From an uncultured Planctomycetaceae bacterium (lineage in GTDB: Bacteria; Planctomycetota; Planctomycetia; Planctomycetales; Planctomycetaceae), in contig CAYTUE010000028.1 in assembly GCA_964441085.1 (NCBI GenBank), positions 1-40,005 of the forward strand: a DNA stretch of 40,005 nucleotides, given 5' to 3'. A program made the position numbers and the translations under genes. The notes beneath the pieces were generated by a model. The model saw nothing but the letters and a program-made list of their open reading frames with translations. It was not told the DNA's origin and did not search any database. Of the stretch, positions 1-8,849 are shown in pieces (within the stretch, counting starts at the first letter, position 1; each line of letters starts with the position of its first letter).

Positions 1-73
<73 letters not shown>

Positions 74-88
74 CCGGAAAAACACAAA

Positions 89-241
89 CTATTTCTTGCG
101 TGATTCTTTATGAATCGTATGCCGACGCAACTTCGGGCAATATTTCTTCAACTCGAGACGCTCAGTACCACGAGTCTCTTTCATGACTCGGTAGTTCCGC
201 ATCCCTGTCTCAGTGCACTCCAACCAAACATACTCTCTCAC
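89..241 (-). CDS. rpmG: 50S ribosomal protein L33
   Basis: VREYVWLECTETG...LELKKYCPKLRRHTIHKE. GTG start at 241 with GGAG upstream, so the ORF-track start at 283 is probably too long. Lies between tuf and tRNA-Trp. Confidence 0.95.
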   Translation of the reverse strand: MREYVWLECTETGMRNYRVMKETRGTERLELKKYCPKLRRHTIHKESRKK

Positions 242-355
242 AGGAACACTCCAAAACGCGCCGACAGTAGAGACAACCAACAAAACAGAAAAGCTGCCTG
301 CTCACAAAACAGCAAACAGACAGCCAATTGTTCAACCACAAACTCACAAGCCGAA

Positions 356-1552
356 CTACTCGACAATCTTGGTAACAACACCAGAACCAACAGTTCGACC
401 ACCTTCACGAATCGCGAAGCGGCTTCCGTCAACCATAGCAATTTGCTTACCCAGAGTCACACAGACCTTAACATTATCACCTGGCATGCACATTTCAGCA
501 CCATCCAGAAGATCTGTTGAGCCAGTCACATCTGTTGTTCGGAAGTAGAACTGAGGACGGTAACCACTGAAGAAAGGAGTATGACGACCACCTTCTTCTT
601 TGCTCAAAACGTAAACTTCAGCTTCAAACTTAGTGTGAGGCTTAATTGTTCCCGGAGCAGCAACAACCTGACCACGCTGAATATCTTCTTTCTTCAAACC
701 ACGAAGAAGAATACCAACATTATCGCCAGCCTGACCTTCATCCAGAGTCTTTTGGAACATCTCAACGCCAGTACAAGTTGTTTCCTGAGTCTCTCGAAGC
801 CCCAGAATCTCAACCTTATCACCAACCTTCAAGACACCCTGCTCAATTCGACCAGTCGCAACTGTTCCGCGACCTTCGATTGAAAAGACATCCTCCACAG
901 ACATCAACATGGCTTTATCAACGTCACGCTCTGGCTCCGGAATGTAGCTATCAAGAGCTTCCATTAGCTTTGTAATGCATTCGCTGGCAGCGTCATCACC
1001 AGGGGCATCCAAAGCACCTTTAGCATTACCCATTACCAGCGGCACATCGTCGCCAGGGTAACCATACTTAGTCAGCAGATCACGCACTTCAATCTCAACC
1101 AACTCCAACAACTCTTCATCATCAACAAGGTCACACTTGTTCATGAACACAACAAGAGCAGGAACATCAACCTGGCGAGCCAACAGAATGTGTTCACGAG
1201 TCTGAGGCATTGGGCCAGTATCAGCCGCAACAACCAGAATCGCACCATCCATCTGGGCAGCACCGGTAATCATATTCTTAATAAAGTCGGCGTGACCAGG
1301 GCAGTCAATATGAGCATAGTGACGATTTGGCGTCTCATACTCTACGTGACTCGCCGCAATCGTAACCGTCTTTGTCGCATCACGAACCGTACCGCCCTTG
1401 GCGATATCAGCGTAGCTCTTAACCTCACCAAGACCCTTAGCGGCCTGTACAGCAAGAATAGCCGCTGTGGTTGTTGTTTTACCATGGTCAATATGACCAA
1501 TGGTCCCCACGTTCACATGAGGCTTTGTACGCTCGAAACTTGCCTTTGCCAT
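356..1552 (-). CDS. tuf: Elongation factor Tu
   Basis: [32 protein letters not shown] and the C-terminal [10 protein letters not shown]; 398 aa; GGAG RBS. Confidence 0.99.
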   Translation of the reverse strand: MAKASFERTKPHVNVGTIGHIDHGKTTTTAAILAVQAAKGLGEVKSYADIAKGGTVRDATKTVTIAASHVEYETPNRHYAHIDCPGHADFIKNMITGAAQMDGAILVVAADTGPMPQTREHILLARQVDVPALVVFMNKCDLVDDEELLELVEIEVRDLLTKYGYPGDDVPLVMGNAKGALDAPGDDAASECITKLMEALDSYIPEPERDVDKAMLMSVEDVFSIEGRGTVATGRIEQGVLKVGDKVEILGLRETQETTCTGVEMFQKTLDEGQAGDNVGILLRGLKKEDIQRGQVVAAPGTIKPHTKFEAEVYVLSKEEGGRHTPFFSGYRPQFYFRTTDVTGSTDLLDGAEMCMPGDNVKVCVTLGKQIAMVDGSRFAIREGGRTVGSGVVTKIVE

Positions 1553-1661
1553 TTCCAGACTCCAAATCGACCGACGATTCCTTCAACAACTGCCAGCGGT
1601 CGACGAACAAAAGAAGAAAACCAATAGACACCAAAACTTAAGGCGTCACCTCATGCCACAC

Positions 1662-1736
<75 letters not shown>

Positions 1737-1758
1737 CGAATACTCACACATCTCAAAG

Positions 1759-1829
1759 AGCGGGCGATGGGAATCGAACCCACACGACCAGCTTGGAAGG
1801 CTGGAGTTCTACCATTGAACTACGCCCGC
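1759..1829 (-). tRNA. tRNA-Gly (TCC)
   Basis: Acceptor GCGGGCG/CGCCCGC, anticodon arm CCAGC-CT-TCC-AA-GCTGG; no encoded CCA. Confidence 0.97.
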
Positions 1830-1869
1830 AGAAAACCGCTTCATAAACTGAAGCAAACTTCCTTACGAT

Positions 1870-1952
1870 TGGGGGCAGCAGGATTCGAACCTGCGAAGGC
1901 ATACGCCACCAGATTTACAGTCTGGCCCATTTGGCCGCTCTGGAACACCCCC
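1870..1952 (-). tRNA. tRNA-Tyr (GTA)
   Basis: Acceptor GGGGGTG/TGCCCCC, anticodon arm CCAGA-CT-GTA-AA-TCTGG, long variable arm; no encoded CCA. Confidence 0.97.
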
Positions 1953-1993
1953 GCCCAGATTTCACAACACATATCAACGCTGCAAAAACTGAA

Positions 1994-2066
<73 letters not shown>

Positions 2067-2087
2067 GCAGACCTACCTCTGCGGCGA

Positions 2088-2122
2088 GCCGGGCAGTATA
2101 GCGATCCGTTATCGGCTAGCAA
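2088..2122 (-). promoter_or_regulatory. sigma70-type stable-RNA promoter of the tRNA-tuf operon
   Basis: Minus strand TTGCTA-N16-TATACT followed by the GC-rich discriminator GCCCGGC, ~30 nt upstream of tRNA-Thr. Confidence 0.7.
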
Positions 2123-2634
2123 GCCCGAAGATAGAAAGCTGAACAGTCCGAGAAGATTTGTTGTTGGTTCCCATTTTGTGAACCAGCAATCCTCGCCAAA
2201 TACAGAACCGCAACAACAAACCAGAACTCGTTATCACGGTCGTGGTACTGTCGGCATTGGCCGTATCAGAGTTCACCAAAGGATCCCCACAACGGCGTTT
2301 TTACCAGAAAAGGCACTGTGAAATCTTTTTGTGGTCGCAAATCAAGGCCCACCTGATTTCCAAAAGCCAAGCAAGCCACCGTCACTCAGACACACCACGT
2401 CTCACTGGGTTCGCCGCCCAAGAATGTGAAACCAAAACTAAGAACAACACCGCTAACCAGCCACAACCATCAACCGGAATCAACTCAAACCAGACGAAAA
2501 CAAACTGGAACTCAAACCACAGCCACCTTGCCCCAAGAACGTGAGGACGTCAACAGCAGTCAGCCAGCCAGCTAATTTGAACAGCATGCACTGGTTTATG
2601 TACTGATTTAAGCAGCAGAGAAAGAATGCACTCC

Positions 2635-2688
2635 AACAAAAAAGAGCTCTCACCCCGTGATCCTGCAGATCCCACGAGACGAGAGCTC
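2635..2688 (-). terminator. Probable intrinsic terminator of the sigma factor gene
   Basis: Imperfect hairpin GAGCTCTC...GAGAGCTC (2644-2688) with inner CGTG/CACG, followed on the minus strand by TTTTTTGTT. Confidence 0.65.
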
Positions 2689-2723
2689 AATGCTTAAAAA
2701 TCAGCTTGCTTGAATCACACAGC

Positions 2724-4391
2724 TTAAATGCCGGGAATATCAACCTGCTTGCGTTCTGCAATCCGACGCATTCGCTCCAAAGCACGCACTTCGATCTGAC
2801 GAATTCGCTCTTTCGTCACACCCATTCGTGAACCAACCTGTTCAAGCGTTTCAGGCTCACTGCCCTGACTCAAACCAAATCGGCAAGCAATTACCTTTCG
2901 CTCACGCCCATTCAGTTCTCGCAGAATTTCGGTAATCGCGTCTCGCTGAGCCTTATTCACCAGCTCATCACTGAACGCAGTCCCTCGACCTTCATGAACA
3001 CTGCCAAATAACTCGTCATAACCCGTGCGAAACCGATCAAGTTTCGTGTATTCCGCAGGAACAGACCGAGCATAATTCTTCATAATGGCCCACGAAGCAT
3101 ATGTGGAAAACTTATTGCCTCTTGAATAGTCGAATTTTTCGATGGCCCGAATCAGCGACATATTTCCGTCACTGACCAGCTCAAAAAAGTTCGCCCCCGG
3201 CTTCAAGTGACGCTTCGCAATCGACACAACCAAACGCAAATTTGAGCGAGTCAACAGGTTCTTGACCGTGGCCGCTTGTTTGAGACACTCTCCCATCTGT
3301 TTTGCGACTCGAGCCGGAGAATCACTGGTAGAAAGCCGCTCCTGCAGCTGACTCGCCTGCCACTTCAGGAAGTTCATCTTGCGAAAATAGTACTGCTCCT
3401 GAGGCTTATTCAACAAAGGAACCCGATAGAGCTCAGACAAGTACGACGGCAATCCAGAAGGGACTCGAGCCGATTTTTTGCCTTCGTCGTAATCTGGAGC
3501 AACCCCGCAAATCACGCTCTCAGCGTCTTCCATGCGGAATTCATCATTGTCCATGAATTCAATGGGCAGTTCTTTCAACCGCCGAACTTGGACTTCCGAA
3601 AGAATCGATTTCACAGATTCGATCGATCGACTAAACCGTCTGCCCAAATCCTTGACCGACACGCCTTGCTGCCGGAGGTCATACATCAAAGCCTGATGTT
3701 CCGCTGAAATCGCGACGCCTCGAGCCTGAAAAATTGCATTTTCAGGATATTTTCGATCATAATCACGCAACGTATAGCGAACAGTTTCCGTCGCTCGTCG
3801 CAGCTTTCTGCCCAATTTTCGACTCACGTCAGTCAAAGTCAGCCCCGCCGCCGCCAACGAGCGAGCATCTGAAATCATCTGCTCCCGCTCTTCCGCTGAC
3901 AGCTGTTTAAACGAAGAACCACGCTCCACTTGATCCTTGTGCAATTCAACAAAACGCTTCAACGTCTCTTCAAGAATGACAACTCGACTCCGCCCGTTGA
4001 ACTTCACCTTTCGGCTGGCCAATCCTCGATCACGCCAACGATCAATTGTTTTTGCAGACACGTTCAACTTTTCACTGATTTCCAACACCGTGTACAAACG
4101 CTGATCAAAATCGTCTTCTGTTAAATCGAGGCTCTCTGCCAAATCCTCAATAAACCGCCTTAAATCACGCTGAAGATCTGCTACAGGAATGGAAACCGAA
4201 GCATTTGCTTCCGTGTGGTAGCCAGTAATGGCAAAACACACATCACCATAGAAATACGACGCCTGAGAACGATCTAGCTCCACAAGATAGGTTTCTGCGC
4301 GCTCAATCTGGGTTTTCCGAACTGCTTGGGGAGAAAACCGAACCTGCTGGTCCGTCAGTTCGCTCATCAGTTCTGATTGATACAAAGACAT
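2724..4391 (-). CDS. sigma-70 family RNA polymerase sigma factor with a long N-terminal multi-HTH extension
   Basis: Region 1.2 (SYLSELYRVPLL), region 2 (SNLRLVVSIAKRH...KFDYSRGNKFSTYASWAI) and region 4 (TLEQVGSRMGVTKERIRQIE). ATG at 4391 is preceded by GGAGG. Confidence 0.92.
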   Translation of the reverse strand: MSLYQSELMSELTDQQVRFSPQAVRKTQIERAETYLVELDRSQASYFYGDVCFAITGYHTEANASVSIPVADLQRDLRRFIEDLAESLDLTEDDFDQRLYTVLEISEKLNVSAKTIDRWRDRGLASRKVKFNGRSRVVILEETLKRFVELHKDQVERGSSFKQLSAEEREQMISDARSLAAAGLTLTDVSRKLGRKLRRATETVRYTLRDYDRKYPENAIFQARGVAISAEHQALMYDLRQQGVSVKDLGRRFSRSIESVKSILSEVQVRRLKELPIEFMDNDEFRMEDAESVICGVAPDYDEGKKSARVPSGLPSYLSELYRVPLLNKPQEQYYFRKMNFLKWQASQLQERLSTSDSPARVAKQMGECLKQAATVKNLLTRSNLRLVVSIAKRHLKPGANFFELVSDGNMSLIRAIEKFDYSRGNKFSTYASWAIMKNYARSVPAEYTKLDRFRTGYDELFGSVHEGRGTAFSDELVNKAQRDAITEILRELNGRERKVIACRFGLSQGSEPETLEQVGSRMGVTKERIRQIEVRALERMRRIAERKQVDIPGI

Positions 4392-4982
4392 GCTTATCCC
4401 TCCTGTTATCCAACGGTCCAAGTGACAGCCGTTCATTGACTGACACTTAACCCTGAGTGGCAAAACACGTGCCGGAATGAACCTAACAGCGACGAAATCC
4501 CACGAAATTCAATTGAAAGCCTCAAAAAAACAGACTTTCGCTCGGCCTCCTGCCAACAAAATGCCCCTTGCCACACACGATCGCCAAGCGAATTCACACC
4601 ACTGGCAGGTGATGCCGATTCTTCCGACCATCGATCACTGACTTAAAAATCCGCAGCCAGCTATCCGCCTTCAACGAGATTTGTCTTGTAAAAACGCCAA
4701 CCAATGACGTTCGGATTGAAAATTCGACGAATCCATGGGTTCTCAAGCAAAAATAAAGCGACCTGCCAGTGGTATGACGCCACCAACAACAAAATCCTGA
4801 CTCAAAACCGCGTCTAATATCAAAAACGCACCACAACAGTGATCACTTTGATGACACAACACACGCGAGATCAGTCAGGAAACAGTTGTGAGTTGCCGAA
4901 AAGCACCTCACCCCAACCAGAATCTTTCCTCGTCAGATGATAATGTGCCTAGAATTCAATAGAGGCACCTCCCGTTAAGACA

Positions 4983-5011
4983 CGGCAAAGCAAGCAAACA
5001 CTGCTTTGCCG
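4983..5011. repeat. 10-bp perfect inverted repeat in the divergent intergenic region
   Basis: CGGCAAAGCA-N9-TGCTTTGCCG just upstream of the 5025 ORF; function unknown. Confidence 0.55.
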
Positions 5012-5024
5012 CTGCTAAACCAGC

Positions 5025-5588
5025 ATGTCTTTCACAATGAAAGACACTTTCAAATCGATTTTCACGAGATCAAAAAGCTCTCACTCAGCAAAAGAGCCCA
5101 AAAACATGAAAGATGATTTGATCTTTGCAGGCTTTGGAGCTGCTCTGGCCGCGATTGGAATCGTGCTGATTGTCCTGCAAGTCAAAGCTCGACGAACCCA
5201 ACTGCTAGACACAGAGCAGACGGAACGGGAGCAACGTTTTTTAACGCGACAACATTCTCACCGAATGCAAACATCCGCATTCACCGTTGTCATGGGAGCA
5301 CTGATTGCTGTCGGTGGTCGCGTGATGGCACTTGGAAAGTCACCGTGGATCGCAACAACATACGTGTGCGTTTTGTTGGTACTCGCCGTTTGGCTGATGC
5401 TGCTTGGAGTGGGAGACGCCGTGGCCACGCGAATCCATGCTCAAAGCAAAGGGCGCTCCCACAAACGGAAACACACCAACCTAGCAGACGCATTAGCAGA
5501 AGTTCGCTCAACCTACGGCTTGCCAGAAGCGGATTCACCTGCCTCATCAGATTTGCCGCCACACAGACGGCAACATGACATCAGCTGA
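5025..5588 (+). CDS. Hypothetical membrane protein (about 3 TM helices)
   Basis: Three hydrophobic segments (LIFAGFGAALAAIGIVLIVL; AFTVVMGALIAVGG; YVCVLLVLAVWLMLLGVG). The start could be the ATG at 5106. Confidence 0.75.
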   Translation: MSFTMKDTFKSIFTRSKSSHSAKEPKNMKDDLIFAGFGAALAAIGIVLIVLQVKARRTQLLDTEQTEREQRFLTRQHSHRMQTSAFTVVMGALIAVGGRVMALGKSPWIATTYVCVLLVLAVWLMLLGVGDAVATRIHAQSKGRSHKRKHTNLADALAEVRSTYGLPEADSPASSDLPPHRRQHDIS

Positions 5589-5806
5589 ACCAAAACCGCT
5601 TGAAATCGTAGCTCGCTAAGTGAGTCTTGAAGTTGCGCTCTTTAAGGCAACCCGAAGCGTGAGCGAGAACTCATCGCCCGCAAGGCCAACGCCCCTGCAA
5701 TTTGCCCCAACCATTTGACAACCCGACCATTTGACAAACAGTGGGGCCGTTCAAGGCGGATTGCGACGGGATCGGGCCCACAGAGCCCGACCGCAGATAC
5801 ACAGTG

Positions 5807-6193
5807 TCAGATGACATCTTCCACGATTTTGCGGCGACGAGTACGCCGCCGGGCTCGATGAGCCAACTTATTGTCGTGGTCGTTGCCTTCCGCAAAGAAG
5901 CTACCGGCAAGCAAGCGATAGAAAAACAGCAACGTAAATGCCCCCAATGTCGCCGCAACAAAACCCTTGCCGCTAATCGGGTCGATTTTTGCGTCGCGCC
6001 AGAAGAACAGCACGATTCCGCATCCGATCACACTGCCGCCGATGCCCATCAGCATCGTGCCCACAGCTCCACCGGGGTCTCGTCCAGGCATGATGGCTTT
6101 TGCCGCAAGGCCAACCAACGTACCAAATCCAACCCAGCGCAGCAGTTCGTTCAAACTGGTGCGGACAATTTCCATGAAGTCAGATTCAGACAT
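5807..6193 (-). CDS. GlsB/YeaQ/YmgE (transglycosylase-associated) family membrane protein
   Basis: WVGFGTLVGLAAKAIMPGRDPGGAVGTMLMGIGGSVIG pattern. ATG at 6193 is preceded by GGAGG. Confidence 0.85.
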   Translation of the reverse strand: MSESDFMEIVRTSLNELLRWVGFGTLVGLAAKAIMPGRDPGGAVGTMLMGIGGSVIGCGIVLFFWRDAKIDPISGKGFVAATLGAFTLLFFYRLLAGSFFAEGNDHDNKLAHRARRRTRRRKIVEDVI

Positions 6194-6392
6194 ACGAGGC
6201 CTCCTGCCTTTTGCCAAAAACGGCCGTTCAATAACAGCTTAACCACTGAGATCGTCCCACCCTTCTCTGACTTCGGCAATCAACCCACTAAAAGCTGAAT
6301 CCGTCGGCGGCTGAAACAAAAGTCGCGCGAGGTTTGCTGGTTGTCCGGCAAAAGTCGCCGCCAAATCAGCAGCTGAGGCAATCAACAGCAAC

Positions 6393-7559
6393 CTATGCGG
6401 TCGCAGTTTCAGAAACTGAGCCATGACCTTGAGCATCAATCAGCAGGTCAAGTTCATGCTTCAGCTTCGGCAGGATCTCATCGTAGGAATAAGCTCCGAG
6501 TTCTTCCGTGCCTTTCTTCAGATTCACGTACTTCGGGCCACACCAGAGGCCCAAATCGGCATCATCTGTTTCACCTGGCCCGTTCACTCGGCAGCCCATC
6601 ACAGCAATCGTCAAAGCGTATTCGTTGGCATAGGCTGTCATTTCCTTGACGCTTTCGGCCAAATCGATGAACGCTTCGTTTTCAACACGTGAACAACTGG
6701 GACAGCTAATAATGTTGAGCGTGTTCAAGCCAAAATCAACCACCGTGCGAACTCGACCATTGGCAATGTCATCAAGAATACCTCGCCCTGCGGCAATCTC
6801 TTCATGCTTCCGATCGTTCGACACAGTCAACGACACGCGAATTGTGTCGCCAATCCCCTTGCCAATTAACTGCTCAAAAGCGATTCGAGTCTTAATAATG
6901 CCGTCTGGCGGCATGCCAGCTTCCGTCACTCCCAAATGCAAAGGCACATCTGGACGTTCCGCAGCAAATCGTTGATTCACCTCAATGACGTTCTTTGGAT
7001 CGGAATCCTTCAAGGACACACAGTAGCGAGTAAAATCGTAGTCATCGAGCAGACGGCAGTGATCGAAAGCACTTTCCAGCATGGGCGATATGGAATCATC
7101 CGCTGCATATTTCTGCTTCTTCGCTGGATCGACCGACCCACAATTCACTCCGACTCGAATCGCACAATCGTTGTCTCGAGCAATGTCTGCGATGTACCGA
7201 ACCTTATCTTGCCATGGCTTGGCCGTTTCATGGTGGTAGAGATGGCCGGGGTTGTATCTCAGCTTTTGCACAAACGGAGCAATGATTTCTGCCAACCGAT
7301 AGTTTTCTTGAAGGTCGACCGACAGGTTCCCTTCCACCTGATTGCGGATTTCAATCAAAGCTTCGGCATCTTTTTTACTATCGATGGCGACTCGAACAAC
7401 GTCAGCGCCAGCATCCACGAGGCTGCGAATTTGTTTGACTGTTGCGTCGATATCCTGAGTCTTCGTGGCCGTCATACTTTGAACGGCAATCGGATTTCCA
7501 CCACCAATCGTCGTGCTCCCCACAACCACACTTCGAGTTGGATTTCGCTGAATCGTCAC
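6393..7559 (-). CDS. ispG: (E)-4-hydroxy-3-methylbut-2-enyl-diphosphate synthase
   Basis: [41 protein letters not shown], and the Fe-S ligands CPSC...MGC..NGPGE. Confidence 0.98.
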   Translation of the reverse strand: MTIQRNPTRSVVVGSTTIGGGNPIAVQSMTATKTQDIDATVKQIRSLVDAGADVVRVAIDSKKDAEALIEIRNQVEGNLSVDLQENYRLAEIIAPFVQKLRYNPGHLYHHETAKPWQDKVRYIADIARDNDCAIRVGVNCGSVDPAKKQKYAADDSISPMLESAFDHCRLLDDYDFTRYCVSLKDSDPKNVIEVNQRFAAERPDVPLHLGVTEAGMPPDGIIKTRIAFEQLIGKGIGDTIRVSLTVSNDRKHEEIAAGRGILDDIANGRVRTVVDFGLNTLNIISCPSCSRVENEAFIDLAESVKEMTAYANEYALTIAVMGCRVNGPGETDDADLGLWCGPKYVNLKKGTEELGAYSYDEILPKLKHELDLLIDAQGHGSVSETATA

Positions 7560-7997
7560 GTTTTCTGCCTGTCTGAATCCTGAAGATCCTGAAAACTTTC
7601 AATCAATCTTTCGTGTTGCACTTTAACCGCTCACAGACCATACGCCATCACCACAAAGGCCGCAAAAGCAAAGTGAATGTAGGAATTCCGGATCTCAAAA
7701 CTCACCAAAACAACCCACCTCACTTCATCAACGCATCAGCACACTCAATTGCTGTCTGCTGCCCCGCCTTTCGTAATCGCCTGCACCCGATGTGCTCATT
7801 CACCAAAAACGTCCAAACAACCCTCTCAATTTGCAGCTTTCGGAAAACAATTCAACGAAATCACCTTCGAGCCCCCTCCCTTCAACAGACGATATGAAAG
7901 GGTGGGCGTATCGACGGTGAATCAAGAAAACGATTGAAAGTTCAATCCTCAGCGCTACCATTGAATCACACAACTTGCACCTTCAGGGAGAGATATC

Positions 7998-8618
7998 ATG
8001 GCGATCGATCCTGTTCAAAACATGACGGCGATTCGTACAGTCAGACTGTTTCCACTTGCAGAAACCATGCTGTACCCCGGAGTCGTTCAACCACTGCACA
8101 TCTTTGAAAGCCGCTATTGCGAGATGATCGAAGATGCGTTGGATGACAATCGCATGATCACCATGGCCACCTTGGCCCCCGACTACGATGACCAAGAATA
8201 CTTTGGGCGACCTCCCCTAGAACGCCCCGTATGCATCGGCAAAATTGCCATGCATGAACAGTCTGACGACGGCACGCATAACTTCCTACTGGCAGGTGTC
8301 ACCCGAGCCTACATACTGGAAGAACTGCCGCCACTGAAATCCTATCGAGAAGCCAATGTCGCCATCATTGACGAATTGGATGATGTTCCAGAACACGAAG
8401 CTGCAGAAATTCGAGAAGACTTGCTGCAACAGTTACTGAAACGCACGGACGAAGTCCGAGTCATCGGAGATTCCTTGCAGGGTGAAGAAATCCCCCTTCC
8501 ACGACTGCTAGACGCTCTTGCCTTTGCCCTGCCCTTGTCTCGAGAAGAAAAGCTAGAACTGGCCAGCGAAGCATCTGTTCGACAACGCTTAAAGCAGATT
8601 TCCACCGCTTTAAAGTAA
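7998..8618 (+). CDS. Stand-alone LON peptidase substrate-binding (Lon N-terminal) domain protein
   Basis: LFPL..TMLYPG..QPLHIFESRY..MIEDAL and DGTHNFLLAGVTRA; GGAG RBS. Confidence 0.9.
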   Translation: MAIDPVQNMTAIRTVRLFPLAETMLYPGVVQPLHIFESRYCEMIEDALDDNRMITMATLAPDYDDQEYFGRPPLERPVCIGKIAMHEQSDDGTHNFLLAGVTRAYILEELPPLKSYREANVAIIDELDDVPEHEAAEIREDLLQQLLKRTDEVRVIGDSLQGEEIPLPRLLDALAFALPLSREEKLELASEASVRQRLKQISTALK

Positions 8619-8702
8619 GACCATCAAATAATACTCGCAGACTTTTTGCTCACGCAGCAGGGTCGATTCATGCGAAAACCGCAATCTGGCCAACAATCTT
8701 AA

Positions 8703-8732
8703 GCTGAAAATATCGGCGCTGAAAATATCGGC
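8703..8732. repeat. 15-bp tandem duplication upstream of polA
   Basis: GCTGAAAATATCGGC x2, exact. Confidence 0.9.
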
Positions 8733-8849
8733 CCAGACGAATTCTTTATTTCCAGACGATCGCACATCAACGTCGGTATCGCGTTTTGGTAGTCTGTTTG
8801 GTTCGCCCATCAACGAATCAATCACACCTGCTTCTACGACGTTTTTGCC

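Noticed and set aside
5710-8732. Short direct repeats as possible CRISPR repeats
   Set aside because: Only two adjacent copies each, no spacers, too short, and no cas genes.
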